Origin: Octopus bimaculoides
Taxonomy: Eukaryota
DNA length: 64,000 nt
Assembly (NCBI RefSeq): GCF_001194135.2
Contig: NC_068988.1
Span: 66,183,790 to 66,247,789, forward strand
Reading direction: 5' to 3'
A program made the position numbers and the translations under genes. Positions 55,331-64,000 of the stretch are shown piece after piece. Numbering within the stretch: the first letter of the stretch is position 1; every line of letters begins with the position of its first letter. The notes under the pieces were generated by a model, which had not been told where the DNA came from, searched no databases, and saw only the letters and a program-made list of their open reading frames with translations.

Positions 55331-57046
55331 TCTTGTGATGTCAACAAATTCTTATTTTTCTCTCATGAGCCACATTTAACAGTGTTTAGTTCCACATTGG
55401 TTATGCATTGATCCGAATTTCAATAAAACAGGTCAATTTTACTTCTATATAACGGTATAGGGTTAAACACGCCGAACAGCAGCTATGCATTCTAAAGTCT
55501 TAAATTACTAAAAGATACAATATTCACACGGTGTGACGTGAGAAAAAGCAAAGCTCAACTGTTCCCCTTTTAATAATCTCTTTAGGTTATTTCTGAAGTA
55601 GTTATCTTGTAAAAGCGCCAGAATTCACAAGTGCGCGTAAAATATTTTAATGAAGAACATCGATAATTGTTTAGGCTGCTAATATAACATCTTTACAACG
55701 GATATCTGTAAAACCTCCTTTAATTTACCAAGAAGTAGATAGTTATAACTTGTAGTAAGTTTGAAAAGAGACAAGCGTAGACACTTCATATATCTTATCT
55801 AAATAATAGGTATCTGAAACCGAATGGTTAATATAGACCATTAAAGAAGCATTTAAGCAAATGTCACGCGCGACAGGTACAATAAAATTACACTGATGGT
55901 TGTTATTTTATTTTAGGTTACATGAATATTTCTTGAATTTTTTCTGGAATAATTGTGTATTCACTTTCTGTTCTACAGTATAACGACGAAATACGTCAGA
56001 CCTGAGGAAGGATATTTATTGAAAATTTCTCGAGATTCGAAGATAGATAGTCGGTATAATTGTAGTCTTGCTATCAAGTATTCTAAAATTGGAATAAACA
56101 GAAATAAACACAGTGCCATAATCTAGCATTCTATTTGAATCAGGTGACAAGTATTTTAATGTCGATTTAGCTGTACATCTTATATCATGTTGCTTCGGTT
56201 AAGCTTTTCTCAATTCAATATTTTACATCTTGGGAACCATTATTTCTTTCGTAAGAAAAATATTTTCCTCATTAGTTTCTTAATTTGGCACGTGATCAAT
56301 GATTTATGAGGTACATAATTAGATTTTACCATGTTTATGCTACTTTCAAGAAAATTGATACCGCTATAAATTTATAGTGGAATTAGCTTCAGTTGAAAAC
56401 TGAAACGTTGTCCAAGGCAGAAGTTTATTGAAGTTACTGGGTGATTTTGACTTTCTTTTTTACAATATTTTGCTATTGTTATGCATAAGAATGATGCCAT
56501 TGTAGCTTTCCTCATTTAGGGCGAAGTCTGGCAACTATTGGGAGGACGTTTTACTGTCAGTTCAGGATTTCATCCAAAATGGCGTTATCAAAGTCAGCGG
56601 CTCTAAAAGTAACCAAGGGCTGGGTTAGAACTGTGAATCTGATAGAAAACATATTTGGACCGAAGAAAGCCAAAGAGGAAAACAAAATTTTTCCAAAAAT
56701 ATAGGTATAAATTGATGGGAAATCCTGTGCCAACTAAGATACACCCAACGTTTTTGACATCTCCATAGGGTAAATGACTCCGCGTAACTTATGAATCGTG
56801 TAGGACTTTACCTACTTTGCGGTCTCCATACACAACTTAATATAGAAAGGATATAGCTATAGACTACTAATAGTTTCATACATTGAAGATACTATCTGAC
56901 GAGGATTCAGAGCAGGCCTGGTGTCGCTAAGTCACCCTCTCACCCTAGGCAACATGGGCAAGCTGGATCTCATATAACTGACGCACTTTACATATACATA
57001 TCCATTTATGCATTTGTGTCTGTATGTATATGTGCCTGTTTGTTTG

Positions 57047-57082
<36 letters not shown>

Positions 57083-57089
57083 GTTCAAA

Positions 57090-57207
57090 AACACAATAAC
57101 AAAAAAACAAAAAAACAACAAAGTGAGGACGTGATATGGATAGTATTATTGGACGCTCAGGAAAGGAAAGAGAGAGTGTATGACGTTTCGGGCGTAGCCC
57201 TTCGTCA
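57090..57207 (-). mobile_element. Related short repeat with a hammerhead-like motif (GGGC stem variant)
   Basis: Reverse complement reads ..A-TGACGA-A-GGGC TAC GCCC-GAAAC-GTC-ATACA. The same GAGGAC...TATTA..GACGCTC.GG.A flank is present; abuts (TA)n and a gap. Confidence 0.55.
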
Positions 57208-58287
57208 TATATATANNNNNNNNNNNNNNNNNNNNNNNNNNNNNNNNNNNNNNNNNNNNNNNNNNNNNNNNNNNNNNNNNNNNNNNNNNNNNNNNNNNNN
57301 NNNNNNNNNNNNNNNNNNNNNNNNNNNNNNNNNNNNNNNNNNNNNNNNNNNNNNNNNNNNNNNNNNNNNNNNNNNNNNNNNNNNNNNNNNNNNNNNNNNN
57401 NNNNNNNNNNNNNNNNNNNNNNNNNNNNNNNNNNNNNNNNNNNNNNNNNNNNNNNNNNNNNNNNNNNNNNNNNNNNNNNNNNNNNNNNNNNNNNNNNNNN
57501 NNNNNNNNNNNNNNNNNNNNNNNNNNNNNNNNNNNNNNNNNNNNNNNNNNNNNNNNNNNNNNNNNNNNNNNNNNNNNNNNNNNNNNNNNNNNNNNNNNNN
57601 NNNNNNNNNNNNNNNNNNNNNNNNNNNNNNNNNNNNNNNNNNNNNNNNNNNNNNNNNNNNNNNNNNNNNNNNNNNNNNNNNNNNNNNNNNNNNNNNNNNN
57701 NNNNNNNNNNNNNNNNNNNNNNNNNNNNNNNNNNNNNNNNNNNNNNNNNNNNNNNNNNNNNNNNNNNNNNNNNNNNNNNNNNNNNNNNNNNNNNNNNNNN
57801 NNNNNNNNNNNNNNNNNNNNNNNNNNNNNNNNNNNNNNNNNNNNNNNNNNNNNNNNNNNNNNNNNNNNNNNNNNNNNNNNNNNNNNNNNNNNNNNNNNNN
57901 NNNNNNNNNNNNNNNNNNNNNNNNNNNNNNNNNNNNNNNNNNNNNNNNNNNNNNNNNNNNNNNNNNNNNNNNNNNNNNNNNNNNNNNNNNNNNNNNNNNN
58001 NNNNNNNNNNNNNNNNNNNNNNNNNNNNNNNNNNNNNNNNNNNNNNNNNNNNNNNNNNNNNNNNNNNNNNNNNNNNNNNNNNNNNNNNNNNNNNNNNNNA
58101 TATAACTTCCAGGCGATGTGTTCAGTGCCCTTCTTTCGTTTGTCTACTCTCCCGTATATGTATATGTATACAGAGAGAGAGAGCAAGAGAGAGACAAATA
58201 GGTAGATAGGTAGATAAATATAGTTAGTTATAAATACATGCATATGTGTGTCCGTGCGCGCGCGCGAGTACGTGCGTGTGTGTGTGC

Positions 58288-58341
<54 letters not shown>

Positions 58342-58884
58342 GTACATATATACACATATATATACTCATATATAAAATGGATACACGCAGATATATATGT
58401 ATGTATACACACACTGTAGATATAAATAGCTCTTATTTCTAGCAATGTAGATTCTACGCTGCACCGTCAATGATAATGCGTGACAATTGAATTTTTCCTT
58501 TTTGGTTTTATATTGCAAAATTTGCCTTTGATATTATATATTTTTCACATCACCATTTTGTTGAATCACCCAACCCATTGATTTATATGGAAAATACTCT
58601 ACATTGATACTTGAGATTTAGCTAAACCATCCAACCATGGAGTAGTCACCACTAACGAACTTGAATTCCAAGTCAAACCAGTATGTGGAGCGGTTACCCC
58701 CCCCCCCCTGTCAGTACATAGATATGTAGTTCCTGCGACTATAACGGTTCCTATTTGTAGTAATGTAGGTGTTATCCTCCACCATCATTCACAGTTAGTG
58801 ACAACTGAATTTTTCCTTTTAGGATAAACATTGTATAGCCGCCTTCATTATTATACACACACACACACAAACACACAGACACAC

Positions 58885-58922
<38 letters not shown>

Positions 58923-58923
<1 letters not shown>

Positions 58924-59800
58924 AACGAACGGGAGCCAAACAGAATGTCCATAAGTCTTCATCTGTTATCCACCAATTCGTAATATTCAGTTTCGCCCCT
59001 TTGACGATAAGACTGAGTGCTTCTCAACTGGCGGTGTCCGTAAAATGGTTTATTGCGGAGAATTGGGGGAAATAGCAGACAAAACAAAACAAAAGACGCA
59101 AAACGACACGGAGTGTGATTAAGGACGGTAGACGAGGACGAACAGTCGAATAAAATACAGCCTTGGGGCCTAGGAGACGAGAATAGTGAGTAACGCTTAG
59201 AAAATATCAGTACTGTAGAAAGCACAGTAGGAGAGGAGAATATATATATAGAGAGAAATAAATATAAAAAGAAGGAAAAAGAGGAATTTATGCAAGGTAA
59301 TTTGATCGGTAGTATTTAATCGTGCTGTGTTTGGCTGAATCACTGAAAATATCGGTACTACTGAAGATGAGTGGGCTCCGCGGATGCCCTGACTTGTGCG
59401 TGTGCGTTCGTCTGTCTGCTGGCTGGCGCGGGTGCGTGCGTCCACTGGCTGGCGCGGGTGCGAGCGTCCACTGGCTGGCGCAGGTTCGCGCATCGAGTCC
59501 ATCTTCTTAATTAGTACAGCTATTTTCTAAGCGTTACCCACTATTCTCGTCTCCTAGGCCACAAGGCCGTATTTTTTCGACTTTCCGTCCTCGTCTACCG
59601 TCCTAAACCACACTCTGTGTCATTTTGCCTCTTTTGTTTTGTTTTGTCTGCTCTTTTCCCCACTTCTCGGCTATAAACTTTATTGCGGGCACGCCTAATT
59701 GGGTAGCACCGTTTTATCGTTAAAGGTGCGAAACTGAATATTACCAATTGGTCGATATCTGATGAAGAATATGGACCTTCTGTTTGTCTCCCGTTCATTT
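58923..59800. mobile_element. Non-autonomous foldback/MITE-like element with ~285-bp imperfect terminal inverted repeats
   Basis: Left arm 58927-59212 (GAACGGGAGCCAAACAGAATGTCC...GTAACGCTTAGAAAAT) aligns with the reverse complement of 59517-59796 (GAACGGGAGACAAACAGAAGGTCC...GTAACGCTTAGAAAAT). The spacer is ~300 bp. No TSD could be resolved. Confidence 0.8.
59417..59495 (+). repeat. GC-rich 26-bp tandem repeat, ~3 copies
   Basis: CTGGCTGGCGCGGGTGCG(T/A)GCGTCCA x2 plus a degenerate third copy. Confidence 0.85.
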
Positions 59801-59894
59801 TTACATTCAGTATACGTTACGTCGTTTTTTTATACATTTTTTTTCATTTATCAAGTAATGGAACGCTACACACACCGAATGTATTAGTATATAT

Positions 59895-60100
59895 ATATTA
59901 TTATGATTGACCGTTGACTGAACACTATTCAATTTTTTTTCTCCGTGTTTTTCTCCTTGTCTCCGTATTCTTTCTGTTGAAGAGCGTAGCTCGAAACGTC
60001 AAAGACTTTCCGTATTCCCGAGCGTCATACTAATACATCCTTTTGTTCTTTACACCACCTGTCCTCGTCTGTTGTTGTTTTCTCGTACATTCTCCCATAT
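59895..60100 (+). mobile_element. Short repeat (Penelope pseudo-LTR-like) carrying a minimal hammerhead-like motif
   Basis: 59969-60005 reads TCTTT-CTGTTGA-A-GAGC GTA GCTC-GAAAC-GTC-AAAGA. The element aligns with 25-210 (-) and 14870-14968 (-). Confidence 0.6.
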
Positions 60101-60300
60101 ATATACAAGAGTTACGATATGGAATAGATAAGATCTGGGCTACATAAGTTTCATAGCGAGCGGAACCTCAGAAGTGGAAAATATCCAAGTGAAATGTATA
60201 CCGCAGGCTACTCTTAAGGCTAGGATATCTTGATTAAATGAAAGTTTACATTGCCGCAAGGAGGTACATGTTAAAGCATGGCAGATTCAATCAGGATGTG

Positions 60301-60745
60301 CAGAAAGCACAGTAGGAGAGGAGAATATATGTGTGTAGGTAAAAAAAAGTATAAAAAGAAGTAAAAAGAAGAAATATAAGGTTGTGAGAGGAATGAGGAA
60401 TTTAAGCAAGGTCATTTCACCGGTAGTATTCAATCTGGCTGTTTTGGCTGAATCACAGAAAGTAGCAAGGGGAGTGGTATTTCAAAAGGAGATAATATGG
60501 AGTGAAGAGAGTGGGGGGATATTTTTGATCAAGGGGAGAAAAGATGTGCATGAGGAAAGCGATATAGAATGAGGGATTTAAGTACGGTTACTCGACCGGC
60601 AGTATTCGATAGGACTGTTTTGGCCGAATCACAGAGATTAGCGAGGGGAGTGATATTAGAAAAAATAATGTAGAAGGAAAAGGGTGGGGAAAACTTTTGG
60701 ATCAAGGGGGAGAAAAATATATGTGCATGAAGAAAGCAAGAAAGT
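60301..60745 (+). repeat. Diverged ~176-bp tandem duplication with a third partial copy inside the foldback element
   Basis: 60395-60560 ~ 60571-60739. AGAAAGCACAGTAGGAGAGGAGAATATAT...GGTAGTATT.AAT..GCTG..TTTGGCTGAATCAC also occurs at 59217-59345. Confidence 0.75.
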
Positions 60746-61122
60746 ACGGGGAAGAATCGTGGCGGCATCTACTGATTTTCAAGTTCAGGAATGTGCTGTG
60801 GAGTGTGTTTACAGTATGAAGTAGTAGAGGTGTATGTTGGCGTATGTACTTGTAAATTTACGAAGGGAGAAGGTAGAAGGGGGAGATAGGTGATATAAGA
60901 GAAAATATTATTTTAGACGGTAAGGAAAAATACAGAGAGAAGTATGTAAATGACAATAAGGAATTAAAGGGAAGATATATCGTTGGCTTAATGCACAGTG
61001 GTAGACAGGGTAGATATATACATACTTGCATACACACATATACACANNNNNNNNNNNNNNNNNNNNNNNNNNNNNNNNNNNNNNNNNNNNNNNNNNNNNN
61101 NNNNNNNNNNNNNNNNNNNNNN

Positions 61123-61155
<33 letters not shown>

Positions 61156-61622
61156 AACAAAATCGTTCTAGACTCTTGGAAACTGTATATCAGCTATGTA
61201 TCTTTCTATCTCGATCACTAGTCGAGTGGTGTCGAATCATCAGTATTTTCTTGAGCTATGGTCTTCTCGATGAATGGACGACAAATGCTTAAATTATATA
61301 TGTTTCTGTGTGAGTGTAACACACTTCGCTTTGCCTACAACTTTAAGCTTCATTTCATGCTCCCTTAAACCAATGCTTAAGGAGTGTTTCCATATACATA
61401 TTCCAGGACAATTTTTATATTATATTTATAATAAGAATTGCCCGCACTCAATAAATATTCTGTTATACTTAAAAGCACTTTAAAATAACAGCTTTAAATT
61501 AGCACACGTTCACAACTACACGCACACTCCCAAATACACACGCGAGCTCACTGATGCACGCAAGCATACACAACCACGTTCATACACATACTTATATATA
61601 TCGTTTTTTATTGCATTTGCAG

Positions 61623-61812
61623 CAAGGCGGCATCAGAGAGACCATGGTACCGTGAAAATGATACAAAGAACGATATTGCAAAGAAAGCATTCGAAGCTTT
61701 GATGACCGTAACTTTAAGGAAACCGGACAGCCCTGCCTATAAGGTGTTCTCTCAGAAGGTAAAGGAAAGAGCTCAGATGAACGGCAGCAATTTTACATAT
61801 GGAGAAGAAGAG
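61623..61812 (+). CDS. NPR1-like: Internal exon of a receptor-type guanylate cyclase / natriuretic peptide receptor-like gene (extracellular ANF-receptor ligand-binding domain)
   Basis: Acceptor ttttttattgcatttgcAG ends at 61622 and donor GAG|GTTTGT starts at 61813. The phase-2 entry gives an open frame (x)KAASERPWYRENDTKNDIAKKAFEALMTVTLRKPDSPAYKVFSQKVKERAQMNGSNFTYGEEE. This matches my recollection of the invertebrate NPR/Gyc76C-type motif RPWY..ND....A.KA(Y/F)EAL(M/L)TVTLRKP.SP.Y..F...VK.RA......YGEEE|VN. Too short to be in the ORF track. Exact orthology is not determined. Confidence 0.88.
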
Positions 61813-61929
61813 GTTTGTCATATTTATTTTTTTCAACACTCATACCATCTCAAAGCAATGTGAACCACAAGGCAAAATACATTTATTTCCCTTAAATTTA
61901 CCACAAGGTGAATTACAGACTTTGTAATT

Positions 61930-62128
61930 GTTTTTCATATAGGCACAATTTCTCTGACTAGTTGGGAGTGTTATTCAATTAATTCACATAGTAATTGAAT
62001 GGTATTTTATTTTATCCAACCCTGAACGATCAAATGCGAAATTTTTCTCGGCACGATTTGAACTCAAAAAATGAAGAACCGGAAAAATCTCTGCACGTCA
62101 TTTTGTCTGACGCTCTAATGACTCGGCT
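61930..62128 (-). mobile_element. SINE family A, degenerate, in the intron downstream of the exon
   Basis: AGGCACAATT...GGTATTTTATTTTATCCAACCCTGAACGAT...CTCGGCACGATTTGAACTCAAAA...CATTTTGTCTGACGCTCTAATGACTCGGC. Confidence 0.65.
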
Positions 62129-62648
62129 TTAATTCTGTCTTAACTAAATCATGATCCAACGTGGAAAACTCTCAAAGGTCATTCGACCTGCTAGAAATAT
62201 CAGTTAAATATCTATCAGATTCCCCACATCTTAGAAAGAGACACATAAGAATGTAGAAGGGAAAAAGATGGCATTGTCAAAGCTGTAATGTTTTCGATCA
62301 AATATTTGATGAATCATAGATTTACTCGGTCAGAGTTGACCTGAGGCTAAATAACAACAACGGTAACGGAATGCTCGATGTTAGATTGAGTGAAACAAAA
62401 TACGTAATGGTTAGGATTGGAAAGATTTTGATGATCCATAACGTTCTTCAATTCGGGCATATAGAAGCACAAGAATAAATACGAATAATATCAAGTAGAG
62501 GTTAGTATTTTTGTACTTTTTAATTGGGAACTTATTGTATTTCACCATCTTTTTAAATGGGGTTTCTCAGGTTCTCAAGCCCAATTTAGTAGGAGGTCGT
62601 ATATGCGACATTCACCTGAGTGTCGCATATACACAGTGTGCATTTCTG

Positions 62649-62766
<118 letters not shown>

Positions 62767-63629
62767 TATACATATTTTTTCATAATCATGTGAATTCCTA
62801 TGTGTAGAACACAAATTCGTTAATAGTTTCTGAAAATTCCAAGAGCTAACAAAGGCATGAGGGCCTCTGTGGGGAGATTAAACTAGAATTCCGCCATATC
62901 CGTTTGACCCTGACTAGTGGAGACGAGCGTAATGGTTGCTGCTTATTCTATTATACAAGAACAACATTTATTTACAAAAGTAATAAATAATATTCAAATA
63001 TAAACATAAAGACAAATATATAAATAAAGCTATCTGATTTAAAAACACATCAGGAATATTGCAACATGTATTGTCCATCTGTCCACACAGACCCATATTT
63101 TGGTATGGAACAATAAAATAGACAGGCGAATTAGCGAATCATTCATTTCGTTTGTTAAGATATTTTCAGATTACTAAGTATTTGGTAATTTATTTGGAAA
63201 TTCTCTTCTAATCAGCCGCAACGATAATTCACTTCTGAATACGCTTTTGACATCCACGTTATCTTTGCAATAGCATGAGGCAAATATCCACACTCAAGGA
63301 GCTACACAGACACACACGCACGCACACGCACACACACGTACGCGCACGCACACACACACACAGACGTACGCACAAACACACATATATATCATCTATCTAT
63401 CTATCTAATCTATCTATCTATCTGCTTGCATTTTGTCCGTTTCTCCGTCTGTTAGTCTGTATGTATGTTTGGATATATACATGTTTGTATGTATGTATGT
63501 ATCTTTGTATGTATGTATGTATGTATGTATGTATGTATGTATAAATGTGTGTATGTATATGGGAAAATAGCTGTCAGCGAAAGATGGACCAATTGCAATC
63601 TGAGAAAGAGTAATAGACTGTAGCAGTAG

Positions 63630-63668
63630 GCGCAGCAGCATTAGAAGCAAGAGTAGATACAGCAGCTG

Positions 63669-63702
<34 letters not shown>

Positions 63703-63724
63703 TGCAGCAACGGCAGCAGCACCG

Positions 63725-63782
<58 letters not shown>

Positions 63783-64000
63783 CAGCGGCAGCAGTATTAC
63801 TAGAAGAAGAAGAAGAAGAAGAAGAAGTGAAAGGGAAAGAAAATAACAGAAAAAGAAAAAAGAAATGGAAGGAAAAGAACAAGGGGAGGAGGAGTAGGCG
63901 TAGGACGAGGTGGAGGAGAAGGGTGACGAGTGGAGAAGAAGAAGAAGAAGAAGAAGAAGAAGAAGAAGAAGAAGAAGAAGAAGAAGAAGAAGAAGAAGAA
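63630..64000. repeat. Compound trinucleotide array (CAG)n-(TAG)n-(GAA)n
   Basis: Direct reading. Confidence 0.95.

Noticed and set aside
58480-58825. ~22-bp direct repeat GTGACAA(T/C)TGAATTTTTCCTTT flanking ~300 bp
   Set aside because: Could be a TSD, but the enclosed sequence has no identifiable element features; too weak to call.
63574-63882. Poly-Ala/Thr/Ser or poly-Gln-like ORFs
   Set aside because: Compound trinucleotide microsatellite with no splice signals or non-repetitive coding context.

Overview
AT-rich, microsatellite-saturated metazoan genomic DNA from a gapped short-read scaffold (16 N-runs, about 7 kb, most flanked by (TA)n). The SINE families and repeat landscape match what I recall for Octopus; this is inference, not a database hit. 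Nearly all ORFs in the supplied track are microsatellite or N-gap artefacts. The only host coding sequence I can support is one 190-bp internal exon on + (61623-61812) of a receptor-type guanylate cyclase / natriuretic-peptide-receptor-like gene, so most of the window may be a very large intron or upstream region. The rest is transposon debris: four tRNA-derived SINE families, fossils of Tc1, mariner, two hAT types, an RTE LINE and a Penelope-like GIY-YIG, a mariner MITE, and a ~880-bp foldback element with ~285-bp arms. The most interesting unexplained signal is a family of ~190-bp elements next to (TA)n tracts carrying minimal hammerhead-ribozyme-like motifs with a variant core (CUGUUGA). 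No CRISPR, rRNA or genuine tRNA genes are seen. I found no convincing evidence of a wholly new multi-gene system. Most repeat boundaries are approximate (read by eye).
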